Shown: positions 1-11,385 of the stretch, piece by piece
How positions within the stretch are numbered: the stretch's first letter is position 1
Layout of the letters: every line of letters begins with the position of its first letter
NCBI GenBank assembly: GCA_963798845.1
Contig: CAWCUS010000002.1
Coordinates: forward strand, 512,001-576,000
From: an uncultured Gemmatimonadales bacterium
Lineage (GTDB): Bacteria; Gemmatimonadota; Gemmatimonadetes; Longimicrobiales; RSA9
Reading direction: 5' to 3'
Length of the DNA: 64,000 nucleotides
Notes under the pieces: generated by a model
The model's database searches: none
What the model saw: only the letters and a program-made list of their open reading frames with translations
Told to the model about the DNA's origin: nothing
Made by a program: the position numbers and the translations under genes

Positions 1-723
1 GGCGTGCTGGGCGGTGGCGAGGACGCCGCGACGGCGGAGGCGGACGCGGCGGTGCGGGCGCTGGCGGCCGGCTGTGACGCGCTCCTCTATCCCCGGCACG
101 TTGACGCGGTGGTGGAAGCGCTGGAGCGGGCGCGGACCGGCGCCGTGCCCGACGGCCGGATCGCCCGGGCGGCGGCCCGGGTGGCGGCCGCGGCAGAGCG
201 CGTGTCGGAACGCACGGGCGCGCGCGCCGCGGAGACGGACCCGACGCGCCTCTGGGGTCGCGATGGCGACGCCGAGTGGGCGCGAAACGTCGCGCTCCGG
301 GCGGTGCGCCGCGTGCGCGGGCGCCCCTCCTGCCCGCCGGCGGTGGAAGTGCTGGTCGTGGACGACGACGTGGGCGGCCCGTTCCCGGTCGTGGCGCCGC
401 GCGGAGAGCTGGCCGCCGGGCTGCGGGCGGCCGGTGTCGACGCCGTCGCCGTGCCCGCCCCGACGGGAAAGCGCCCGGTGCTGGTGGCGCTATTCGCCGA
501 CATCCGCGGCTTCAAGGGGCGCCCCGGGCTGAGCGAGGCGGCGCTGGAGACGGTGGCCTCCGCCATCGCGGCTCCGCTGGGCGCGACAGTGGTGCTCTTC
601 GGACCGCCCCGGATCGCGGAGGACGCCCCGGGCGCGCACGTGCTCCTGGCCTGGGGCGGCGAGCCGATCATGCAGCGCGCGGCCGCCGACTGGCTGACGC
701 GCCACTCCCGCCGCGAGGCCTGA
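1..723 (+). CDS. Glycoside hydrolase family 3 (beta-N-acetylhexosaminidase-like), C-terminal part; truncated by window start
   Basis: Frame open from the window edge; 'AAVRALAAGCDALLYP...RIARAAARV' resembles the end of the GH3 N-terminal barrel; neighbours are amidase and symporter genes. Confidence 0.65.
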   Translation, partial: GVLGGGEDAATAEADAAVRALAAGCDALLYPRHVDAVVEALERARTGAVPDGRIARAAARVAAAAERVSERTGARAAETDPTRLWGRDGDAEWARNVALRAVRRVRGRPSCPPAVEVLVVDDDVGGPFPVVAPRGELAAGLRAAGVDAVAVPAPTGKRPVLVALFADIRGFKGRPGLSEAALETVASAIAAPLGATVVLFGPPRIAEDAPGAHVLLAWGGEPIMQRAAADWLTRHSRREA

Positions 724-729
724 CCCGCC

Positions 730-2424
730 TTGACCGCCAGCCGGCCGCCGATCCCGACGACGGCTCCCGGGTCCGGTCCGCGCAGGCACCGGCTCGTGGT
801 AGCGGCGGCGGCGCTGGCGCTCCTGCACCTGCTCCTGGCCACGCTGGCCTTCACCGGCACGTTCGACCCGGGCGGCGACAACGCCGCCTACATCGCGCTC
901 GGTCGCTCGCTGCTCGAGCACGGCCGCTACCTCGAGCTGTGGGACCCGTCGCTCCGACCCCACCTGCAGTACCCGCCCGGCTTTCCGGCCTTCCTGGCCG
1001 CCGCCATGGCGGCCGGGATCCATGGCCGCGCGCTCAACCTGCTGATGCTCCCCGTCTCCGCCCTCGCGGTCGGCCTGAGCGTGATCTGGCTCGGACGGCG
1101 CCGGACCCCGGAGCCCCCGGGCGGCAGCGCGCTCTTCGCCGTGTGGGCACCCGGGCTGGTCCTCGCGCTCGCGCCGGGCGTGCTCGCTCTCTCGCCGCGG
1201 ATCCTCTCCGACGTGCCGTTCTGGGCGGCTGTGATGGCCGCGCTCGTGGCGTTCGAGCGCGACCGTCCCGGCGCGGGGATCGCCCTGTCGCTCGTCGCGC
1301 TGGCGCTGAGGATGGCGGCGCTCCCGCTCGTGGCGGCCGCCGCGCTGTGGCTGGCTTTCGGCCGTCGCTGGCGCGCTGTCGCGGCCATGCTGGTGGCGCT
1401 GGCCGTGGTGGTCGGGCTCTGGTGGCTGCGAGGCCGGGGCGCGGCGGTGCCGTACGTCTCCGAGATGTGGCTGGAGAACCCGTACGTGCCGGAAGGCGCG
1501 CGCATCGGAGCGCTCGGCCTGGTGCGCCGCGTGTCCGAGAATGCGCTCGCCTACGGCGTGGTGCTCCTGCCGCGAACGCTGCTGGGCGTGGAGCGCCCGG
1601 TGGCCGTGGTCGCCGTGGCGATGATGGTCGCGCTGGCGCTCGCCGGGTGGGCGTCGAGGCTGGCGCGCCCCGGCGTCGCGGAGCCGTTCGTGCCACTCTA
1701 CGTGGGGATGCTGCTCGTGTGGCCGCCCGGGTGGGCATCCGACCGCTTCCTCCTCCCCCTGCTCCCCCTGGTGCTGGGGTATGCCGCGGCCGCGGTCCTG
1801 GCCATGCCCTCGCGGCGCGTGCGCATGGTCTGGGCGCTGGCGGGCACCACCATCCTGCTGGCGCTCATGGCGAGGCCGGACGCCGCGCTCCTCCTCGATG
1901 CCGCGGGGTGCCGGACCAGGATCCGCGCCGCCGGGAGCCCGGCGGCGTGCCTGGACCCGGCGCCGCGATCGTTCATCGACCTGGCCCGGTGGTCGCGCGG
2001 CCGGCTCCCGTCCGGGGCGGTGGTGATTTCGCGGAAGCCGCGGCTGTTCTACCACTTCGCCGGCGCGCCCGGCCGGCACTACCCGTTCACGGCCGACCCG
2101 GACAGCCTTCTGGCGGAGGCGGAAGCGCTGAAGGCGAGGTACGTGGTGGTGGACGAGATCGACACGGTCAGTCCCGTGTACCTGCTTCCGGCCGTCCGCC
2201 GCCACGAAGCACGGTTCTGCGAAGTGCACCGCGTGACGGAAGGGGGGTCGTTCGCCATCCTGCTGGGCGTGCTGCCGCCGGGAGAAGCGGCCGCGTCCCC
2301 CACGGAGCTCCCCGCCGCCGGCACGACCGCGCCGCGTCAGGCTCGCAGCAGTGGCACGACCCCGGCCCACCTCCCCGGCGGCGCGCCGCGCCCTTCGTGT
2401 CCTGCCGGCTACCTGGCGTCATAG
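730..2424 (+). CDS. Multi-pass membrane protein, GT-C/ArnT-like glycosyltransferase
   Basis: 'GGDNAAYIALGRSL', 'QYPPGFP', 'SDVPF' and 'DRFLLPLLP' motifs with many hydrophobic segments. Confidence 0.65.
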   Translation: MTASRPPIPTTAPGSGPRRHRLVVAAAALALLHLLLATLAFTGTFDPGGDNAAYIALGRSLLEHGRYLELWDPSLRPHLQYPPGFPAFLAAAMAAGIHGRALNLLMLPVSALAVGLSVIWLGRRRTPEPPGGSALFAVWAPGLVLALAPGVLALSPRILSDVPFWAAVMAALVAFERDRPGAGIALSLVALALRMAALPLVAAAALWLAFGRRWRAVAAMLVALAVVVGLWWLRGRGAAVPYVSEMWLENPYVPEGARIGALGLVRRVSENALAYGVVLLPRTLLGVERPVAVVAVAMMVALALAGWASRLARPGVAEPFVPLYVGMLLVWPPGWASDRFLLPLLPLVLGYAAAAVLAMPSRRVRMVWALAGTTILLALMARPDAALLLDAAGCRTRIRAAGSPAACLDPAPRSFIDLARWSRGRLPSGAVVISRKPRLFYHFAGAPGRHYPFTADPDSLLAEAEALKARYVVVDEIDTVSPVYLLPAVRRHEARFCEVHRVTEGGSFAILLGVLPPGEAAASPTELPAAGTTAPRQARSSGTTPAHLPGGAPRPSCPAGYLAS

Positions 2425-2476
2425 CGCGCCCTTCGTGCCCTGCCCGTCACCGGGCGCTCTGGCGCGCCGCCGGCGC

Positions 2477-3163
2477 TCAGTCCTCGTCGTCGTCCCGATC
2501 GCGGCGCTTCTGGGCGTTGCGGTAGAACAGCCCCAGGCCCAGGCCGAACGCGAGGTGCGAGAGGGCGCCCGCGTCCTCGTCCACCGGGGCGGCGAGCGCC
2601 TGGAGCGGGAACTTGATGCCCCGCGTGTCGCGGGCCATCTGCACGAGCCCGCCCTGCGGCGCGGCGGCGACCTCGAGCGCCCCGAAAACGAGGCCCCGGA
2701 AGAGCGGCGGCCCGGGGATGCGCGGATAGAGCAGCGCCGCGTACCCTGCGGCCACGGCAACGCCCGCGGTCAGGCGCGCGAGGAACTCCTCCGGGTCGGC
2801 CGCGAACGGGAGCTCGCCGGGCGCGCCGCCGTCCTCGAGCGTGCGGCCGACGATGTCGGCGAGCGCGGTCGCGGCTACGCCGGCGAGGATCACGCGGGGC
2901 CAGGACACGGGCCGGGGGCGCAGGACGCGGGCGGCGAGCCACGCGGTGGCCGCGCCGGCGAGGGCGGTGCCCATTGCGTCGGCCGCGGAGCCGGCGCCGT
3001 CGTCGTCGTCGTCGAAGGGGTCCCGGTCGAGGTCGTGGACCCGGCCGGTGTCCAGGTCGTACACTGCTGCGGCCGGAGAGCGGCCGGCACCGCCCTTGCC
3101 TCGAAGCTGCGACTCGAGTCCGCCGACGGTGCGGCCAAGCTGATAGAAGTAGTCGCCTAGCAC
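2477..3163 (-). CDS. Hypothetical membrane protein
   Basis: GTG start preceded by GGAGG; 228 aa with hydrophobic C-terminal helices; fills the gap between flanking genes. Confidence 0.6.
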   Translation of the reverse strand: MLGDYFYQLGRTVGGLESQLRGKGGAGRSPAAAVYDLDTGRVHDLDRDPFDDDDDGAGSAADAMGTALAGAATAWLAARVLRPRPVSWPRVILAGVAATALADIVGRTLEDGGAPGELPFAADPEEFLARLTAGVAVAAGYAALLYPRIPGPPLFRGLVFGALEVAAAPQGGLVQMARDTRGIKFPLQALAAPVDEDAGALSHLAFGLGLGLFYRNAQKRRDRDDDED

Positions 3164-3244
3164 GGTGCCTCCTGGATGAGTGCGGCCGTGGAATGGTGGG
3201 TCGCTGGGGGCGCGGGTGCAACCGGCATGCCGGAAGGAGACGGG

Positions 3245-5112
<1,868 letters not shown>

Positions 5113-5116
<4 letters not shown>

Positions 5117-7122
5117 CCCGACGCACCGCGGTCCCCCTCGTCATGGCCCTGAGTGCTGCGTTCGCCGGCTGCGCCACAGGCCCGGCGGGCGCCCCCAGCG
5201 CAGCCGTGCCCACGCCGGGGCCGCACGCCCCATCCCCCGAGCTGCCGCCGATCCCCGACGTGAACGGTCCGCTCGACCTCCAGGTGCAGTTCCCGCCGGA
5301 CTCCGCGCACCTGGCCACGCGCGGCCGCAGCTTCATCTTCGGCTCCACCGGGAACGGCCGCGCCCGCCTCACCATCGACGGGGACTCCGTGCCGGTGGCG
5401 CCGAACGGGGCGTTCCTCGCCTTCGTCCCGGTCCCGGTGCGCGACTCGGTCTACCACCTCCGGGCGACGCTGGGCGACGAGGCCCGCACGCTCGACCTCC
5501 CCGTGTTCCCGCCGCCGCCCCCGGCGTCTCGGAACGCGAGTGCGCTGATCGTGGCCGGCTCCGGCTACCCCGCGGGCGCGTGGGTGGCCCGGCCGGACGA
5601 GCGCGTGGACGCGGGCTTCCGCGCCAGCGCGGGCGGCACCGCCTGGATCGGCTTCCCCGACGGGACGCGCGTACCGCTGGTGGAGGAGCGAGAAGCGGCG
5701 GCATTGGAAGTGAGCGATTTCGGCGTTCAGCCCGGACGGCCGGAACGTGCGGCCGGGGAGTCGGCGCCGACATTGGGACTGTCGTGGTATCGCGGCTTCT
5801 TCGCCGCCCGTCGCCTGGTCAGTCCGGACACGGCGGTGGCGTGGCCGACCCTGACCGGCGAGCCCCGGCCCGCCGCCACGGCACGCACGCTCCCGGGTGC
5901 CCCCGCCGTGGTCCCACCCGCGATGGTCCTCGTGGTCCGGGGCGACACCGTGCGCCGCCCCCTCCCGCTCAACCTCCTCCTCCTGGACCCGGACCGGCCG
6001 CGGGTGGGCAGGGCGATGGATGCGGACCCGCCGGAGCGGAACGGGGACGGGCGCGTCATCGCCCGGCCCGGGCCGGGCGGTGGTCCGTACCACTACACGT
6101 GGCGGAACGGCACGGAGCTGGAGCTGACGGGGGAGCGCAACGGCACGTACCGGGTCCGGCTCACCGACGACCTGAGCGGCTGGACGCCGGCGGGGGACAT
6201 CACGCTCCTCCCGCCGGGGACGCCGCCCCCCGCGTCGCGCGTGGACGTGGTCCGCATGGACCCGCAGCCCGGCTACATCGACGTGCACGTGGCCATGGAC
6301 CGCCGCCTCCCCTACGACGTCACCGAGGGCGACCGCTCCATCTCGCTGCGCGTCTTCGGCGCCACCAGCCGCGTCAACTTCCTCCAGCACGGGCGGCTGG
6401 ACCCGTACGTGATCCGCGGCGAATGGAGCCAGCCCGCCGACCGGCTGTTCCGCCTCGACCTCCACCTGTCCACCATCCCCTGGGGATACGAGACCTTCTG
6501 GGGCTCCGGCGGCGACCTGGTGCTGCGCCTCAAGCGCCCGCCCGCCATCGATCCGGGCCGCCCGCTGGCCGGCCTGGTGGTGGGGGTGGACCCGGGTCAC
6601 GGCGGCGAGGACCGCGCCACCCGCGGGCCCACCGGGCTCACCGAGGCCGACGCCAATCTGGGGATCGCCCTGGCGCTCCGGGACGCGCTCGAGGACGAGG
6701 GCGCGCGCGTGGTCATGACGCGCACGGCCGACGCCACGCTCTCGCTGGTCCAGCGCACGGACCTGGCCCGGTCCGAGAACGTCGACCTGTGGATCAGCGT
6801 CCACAACAACGCGTTCCCGGAAGGGGTGAACCCGTTCGAGAACAACGGCACCAGCGTGTACTACAACCACGTCAACTCGGCCGTGCTCGCGCGCGACGTC
6901 CAGCGCGAGCTCGTGGACGAGCTGGGACTGCGCGACCTCGGCTTCGGTCGCGCCGACCTGCACCAGCCCCGATTCACATGGGCCCCCGCCATCCTCACCG
7001 AGAACATGTTCATGATGATCCCCGCCCAGGAGGCCGCGCTGAAGCGCGAGGACGTCCGCCGCCGCATCGCCGCGGCCCACGTGCGGGGCATCATGGCCTG
7101 GCTGCGCAGCCTCCCCCGATGA
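5113..7122 (+). CDS. N-acetylmuramoyl-L-alanine amidase (Amidase_3), predicted lipoprotein
   Basis: Lipobox-like 'FAGC'; C-terminal 'VDPGHGG...EADANL...SVHNNA...ILTE' zinc-amidase motifs; ATGA overlap with the upstream gene. Confidence 0.9.
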
Positions 7123-10100
7123 CACGGCGCTTCCCGGCGCTCGCAGCGGGGCTGGCGCTCGCCGGCGCGCTCGCGGTCCTGGCGCGACCCGCCCCTGCCG
7201 CGGCCCAGGACCCGCCGCCGGACGGCGCGTGGCGCACGCTCGACACCGAGCACTTCCGCGTCACCTTCCAGCCACGCCTGGAGCCGCTCGCGAGGGAGGC
7301 GGGGGACGTGGCGGAGCGGGCGTACGAGGTGCTGAGCCGGGAGCTCACGGAGCCGCCGTCGGGGAAGATCGACGTCGTCGTGACGGACTTCGCCGACTTC
7401 ACCAACGGCTTCGCCACGCCCTACACGTCGAACCGCGTCGTGGTGTACGCGCGCCCGGCGATGAGCATGCCGGGGCTCGACTGGGTGCGCGACTGGATGG
7501 AGCTGGTGGTCTCGCACGAGCTGGTGCACGTCTTCCACCTCGACCGGACCGGCCCCGTGGGAAGCGCGCTGCGCACCGTGTTCGGCCGCGTGCCCCTCGA
7601 GTGGCCGCTCTTCCCCGTGGTCGGCACGCCAGGCTGGAACACGGAGGGGCTGGCCACCTACTACGAGTCCCGGCTCACGGGCGCCGGCCGCGTGCTCGGC
7701 AGCTACCACGACATGGTGGTCCGCACCGCCGCCCTCGAGCACCGCATCCCGCCCCTGGACCATGTCAGCGCCCCGAGCCCGGTGTGGCCGGGCGGGAACC
7801 GCAGCTACATCTACGGCGGCGAGCTCATGCAGTGGATCGCCGACCGCTACGGCGTCGACGCCCAGCGCCGGCTCATCCAGGCGACGACGGGGGCGATCCT
7901 CCCGACGTTCATCTTCTTCGACCCGGTCGCCAGCCACGCCCTCGGCGCCTCGTTCCACCACATCTACCGGGACTGGCGGGAGCACGCCACGGCCGCGGCC
8001 CGCGCGCTCGCCGACACCCTGGCGGGGGCCGGGCTGACGCCCATGGACACGCTGGTGCGACGCGGCCCGTACGCGGTCGCGCCCCGTATCTCACCCGACG
8101 GCCAGCGCCTCGCCTTCGCCACCGACGACTACCGCTCCGACCCGGCCACCCGGATCCTCGATCTGGCGACGGGGAGCATCGGCACCCTCTCCCGCCGCAA
8201 CCAGTTCGGCGGCATTCTCGGCCCCGCGAGCTGGATCCCGGACGGTTCGGGCCTGGTCATCGCGCAGCTCGACTACCGCGGGCCCTACCGCCTCTACAGC
8301 GACCTGTGGCACGTCGACCTGTCCGGGCACGAGCGACGCCTCACCCGCGGTCAGCGGCTCGCCAGCCCCGACGTGGCACCGGACGGCCGCCGGATCGCCG
8401 CCATCCAGGATCACGATGGCGGGCTGCGGCTCGTGGTCCACGACGCCGGCACGGGCGCCACCCGCGTGCTGGCGGATGCCGCGCCGGGCGAGGCGTACGA
8501 CGCGCCGCGCTGGAGCCCGGACGGCCGCACCATCGCCGTCGCCCGGCACGCCGGGGGGAGGGAGGACCTGGTGGCAGTGGATGTCGCCAGCGGCCGCATC
8601 ACACCCCTCACCGACGACGACGCCCTCGACCGCTCGCCCGCGTGGTCACCCGACGGACGGTGGCTCCTCTGGTCTTCCGACCGCACCGGGATCAGCGAAA
8701 TCTACGCGCTCGGCTGGGACGCCGGCGCGCCCGCGGGGCCGGTCCGCCGGGTCACCCGCGTCCTCACCGGCGCGTTCGACCCCGAAGTCTCCCGCGACGG
8801 CCACTCCCTCTACCTCTCGGTCTACCACTACGACGGGTGGCACATCGAGCGTGCCGCCCTGGATACCGCCGCCTGGCAGCCAGCGCCGCAGCCCTCGCTG
8901 CGCTTCCGCCGCGGCCTGCTCGCGCCGCCGGCGGCGGCGGTCGCCGAGGCCGCCTCAGCGGACGCCGTCCGGGGCGCGGCCGGCGCCGGCGCATCGCCCG
9001 GCTCCGCTGGCGCGGCCGGGCCGCCGCTCACCAGCGCGGACACCGCCACCGCCCGGCCGTACTCGCCGTGGGCCACCGTCCGGCCGTACTACTGGGTCCC
9101 GTCGTTCGCCACGCTGAGCACCACGTTCGGGAAGGACCTGACGTTCTTCGGCCTGGAGACGCAGGGCTGGGACGTGCTGAAGCGGCACCTGTGGTCGGCG
9201 TGGCTGGCCCGCGACTTCGATACCGGACGGAACCTGGGCAGCGCCGCGTGGACGTACCGCGGCCTCGGCGTCCCGACGCTTTCGGTCAGCGCCTCTCGGG
9301 AGTGGTCGTCGGTGGGCACGCTATACCTGAACGACACCCCCGCCGACGCCGTGCTGCTGCGCGAGGACCGCGCGGCGCTCGGCGCGCTCTTCCTCCGGCG
9401 GAGCTGGCGCCGCGCGGCCTGGCTCGGCGCCACAGCCGACGTCGTGGGGCAGGAGTACCAGGCCCGCGACCTGCGCGTCTACGACGACAGCCTTCCCGCG
9501 CTCCGCACTCGTGCCGGCATCGCCGCGGGGCCGGGCTTCTCCAGCGCCCGCGCCTACCCGATGAGCATAAGCCTCGAGGACGGGGTCACGCTTTCCGGCA
9601 CCGTGGGGCGGTGGTGGCTCACCGACACCGGCGAGAAGGCGTACGACCAGGTCCGCGGCCGCGCCGCCGGCTACCTCGGCCTCCCCCTCGGCGGCTTCGC
9701 CGACCACGTGCTCGCCGCCCGCGCCGCCGGCCTCGTGCGCGTCGGCGACCACGCGCTCCCGACCGGCGTCGGCGGCTACGACGGCATCGGCAGCGCATCC
9801 GACGTGCTCGGCGGCGCGACCGCAAACGACGCGTTCCCTGTCCGCGGCTGGCCCATCGACGCACGCACCGGCACCCGGGCCTGGGCCGCCACCGCCGAGT
9901 ACCGGTTCCCCCTCCACATGCGCGACGCGCCGCCCGCACTCCTCGGCGTCACCCTCACCTCCATCTCGGCCGCCATCTTCGCCGATGCCGGCGACGCCTG
10001 GTGCCCCGCCGGCGACGGCACCCACTTCTGCTCCGCCCCCGACGATGCCCCGCTCGCGTCGGCGGGCGCCGAGATCGCCATCGACCTCGGCCTCCTCCAC

Positions 10101-10196
10101 GGCTCCCCCACCCGCCTCCGCGCCGGCTACGCTCTCCCCCTCGGACCCGACGCCCCGGCGGGCTCGCTCTACCTCGCCCTCGGGCCAGGCTTCTGA
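7119..10196 (+). CDS. Secreted/outer-membrane protein: zincin-like HExxH domain, TolB/PD40 beta-propeller, BamA/Omp85-like C-terminus
   Basis: Signal peptide; 'HELVH' and 'EGLATY'; repeated 'P.WSPDG' motifs; C-terminal 'FPVRGW...AEYRFP' ending in F. Confidence 0.8.
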   Translation: MTRRFPALAAGLALAGALAVLARPAPAAAQDPPPDGAWRTLDTEHFRVTFQPRLEPLAREAGDVAERAYEVLSRELTEPPSGKIDVVVTDFADFTNGFATPYTSNRVVVYARPAMSMPGLDWVRDWMELVVSHELVHVFHLDRTGPVGSALRTVFGRVPLEWPLFPVVGTPGWNTEGLATYYESRLTGAGRVLGSYHDMVVRTAALEHRIPPLDHVSAPSPVWPGGNRSYIYGGELMQWIADRYGVDAQRRLIQATTGAILPTFIFFDPVASHALGASFHHIYRDWREHATAAARALADTLAGAGLTPMDTLVRRGPYAVAPRISPDGQRLAFATDDYRSDPATRILDLATGSIGTLSRRNQFGGILGPASWIPDGSGLVIAQLDYRGPYRLYSDLWHVDLSGHERRLTRGQRLASPDVAPDGRRIAAIQDHDGGLRLVVHDAGTGATRVLADAAPGEAYDAPRWSPDGRTIAVARHAGGREDLVAVDVASGRITPLTDDDALDRSPAWSPDGRWLLWSSDRTGISEIYALGWDAGAPAGPVRRVTRVLTGAFDPEVSRDGHSLYLSVYHYDGWHIERAALDTAAWQPAPQPSLRFRRGLLAPPAAAVAEAASADAVRGAAGAGASPGSAGAAGPPLTSADTATARPYSPWATVRPYYWVPSFATLSTTFGKDLTFFGLETQGWDVLKRHLWSAWLARDFDTGRNLGSAAWTYRGLGVPTLSVSASREWSSVGTLYLNDTPADAVLLREDRAALGALFLRRSWRRAAWLGATADVVGQEYQARDLRVYDDSLPALRTRAGIAAGPGFSSARAYPMSISLEDGVTLSGTVGRWWLTDTGEKAYDQVRGRAAGYLGLPLGGFADHVLAARAAGLVRVGDHALPTGVGGYDGIGSASDVLGGATANDAFPVRGWPIDARTGTRAWAATAEYRFPLHMRDAPPALLGVTLTSISAAIFADAGDAWCPAGDGTHFCSAPDDAPLASAGAEIAIDLGLLHGSPTRLRAGYALPLGPDAPAGSLYLALGPGF

Positions 10197-10301
10197 CCCG
10201 CCCGCCCCCGCCCCGGGCCGCCTCGCCGGGCACGATTCCTGTAACACTATCTCTCCGCACGCCAACTATTTAGGTGGATCACACACGAGGGGGAGGGTCA
10301 C

Positions 10302-11051
10302 ATGCCCAAGCGCCCGGACCAGTACCGGATCGACCCCAGCGAGGCCGGTTCGACCGACTACAAGTCCCGACGACAGTCCGAGGAGGGCAACCGACGCGAG
10401 TCGCCCGACCAGCTCCCGGCCAACCAGACGCCATCCGGGACCCCCAACGAGGCCATGGAGGCTTCCCGGCGCGCGTCGCAGGAAGGACGCGAGAAGGAGC
10501 TCGAGCGCGCCCGCCAGGCCCACGAGCGCAACGAGGGGCAGCACGGCAGCCCCGACGAGCGCACTTCTCCCGCCCGCGAAGGGCGTGAGGCGGGCCACGA
10601 TCGCGAGAGGAGTCAGGGTCGCGACGACGACGCCCGCCACCGCACCAGCTCGCGCGGTCACGACCGGTCCGAACGCACCGACCGCGGCACCGCCACGGTC
10701 GGGCCGGACGCGGAGCCCCTGGAACGCGGCCGCTCGCGCACCGAAGGCACCGCCGATGTCGCCGAGCGCTTCGATGCCCCCCGCGGCGACCCCGAGCGTG
10801 AGGCGGAAGAGGCGCACACCCGGGAGGTCCGCGCCGACGCCGAGCGACGACGCGACCTCGAGGCCCCCGTCTCCCCCGAAGAGACCGAGCGCCGCCAGAA
10901 GGCCCACCCCCGCGGCCGCGACCAGGTCCGCGAGCGCAAGCGCCGTGACCGCGAGGAGCTGGGGCGTCTGCCCATGGAGTCCCGCGAGCGCGAGCACCTG
11001 GAAAAGGTCACCCGCCGCCGCGACCGCGAAGCGCGCGAGAACGAACCCTAG
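10302..11051 (+). CDS. Hypothetical highly charged low-complexity protein
   Basis: RBS GGGAGG before ATG; 249 aa rich in R/E/D. Confidence 0.6.
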   Translation: MPKRPDQYRIDPSEAGSTDYKSRRQSEEGNRRESPDQLPANQTPSGTPNEAMEASRRASQEGREKELERARQAHERNEGQHGSPDERTSPAREGREAGHDRERSQGRDDDARHRTSSRGHDRSERTDRGTATVGPDAEPLERGRSRTEGTADVAERFDAPRGDPEREAEEAHTREVRADAERRRDLEAPVSPEETERRQKAHPRGRDQVRERKRRDREELGRLPMESREREHLEKVTRRRDREARENEP

Positions 11052-11120
11052 CCGAACGCCCGATCCGCCGAACGCCCGAACCGCGCGCTGGTCGCCAGTT
11101 CGGCCGTTCGGCCGTTCGGC
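11052..11120. repeat. Short inverted-repeat cluster (ccgaac(g) x3 / (c)gttcgg x3); REP-like or terminator hairpin
   Basis: Directly visible just after the stop codon at 11051. Confidence 0.45.
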
Positions 11121-11207
11121 CTCCCTCTGTGGACTCTGTGGAAAACGCCCGAACTGCAGGGAAATCCAGCGCCTCCGCGGTGTATAAGTCTGTGCAGAAA
11201 CGGAGGC

Positions 11208-11260
11208 TTGACACCCACAAGATATGGTGGCATACTTGAATCCCCGCACAACATGTGGGG
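11208..11260 (+). promoter_or_regulatory. Sigma70-type promoter of nrdJ overlapped by two tandem NrdR boxes
   Basis: TTGACA(11208)-17 bp-CATACT(11231); 16-bp boxes cccacaagatatggtg (11214-11229) and cgcacaacatgtgggg (11245-11260), 31 bp apart, resembling the NrdR consensus, upstream of an RNR gene. Confidence 0.8.
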
Positions 11261-11385
11261 CATTCCGGTGCCGAGAAGCCGCGGCGCCGCACCCTGCACG
11301 AGGCCGCCGGCCGGCGCCCGGCTGCTCTTCTGGATAGAACAGAGTTTTCCACTTGCCCGCACGCATCATTGCCAGAGGGACCATC

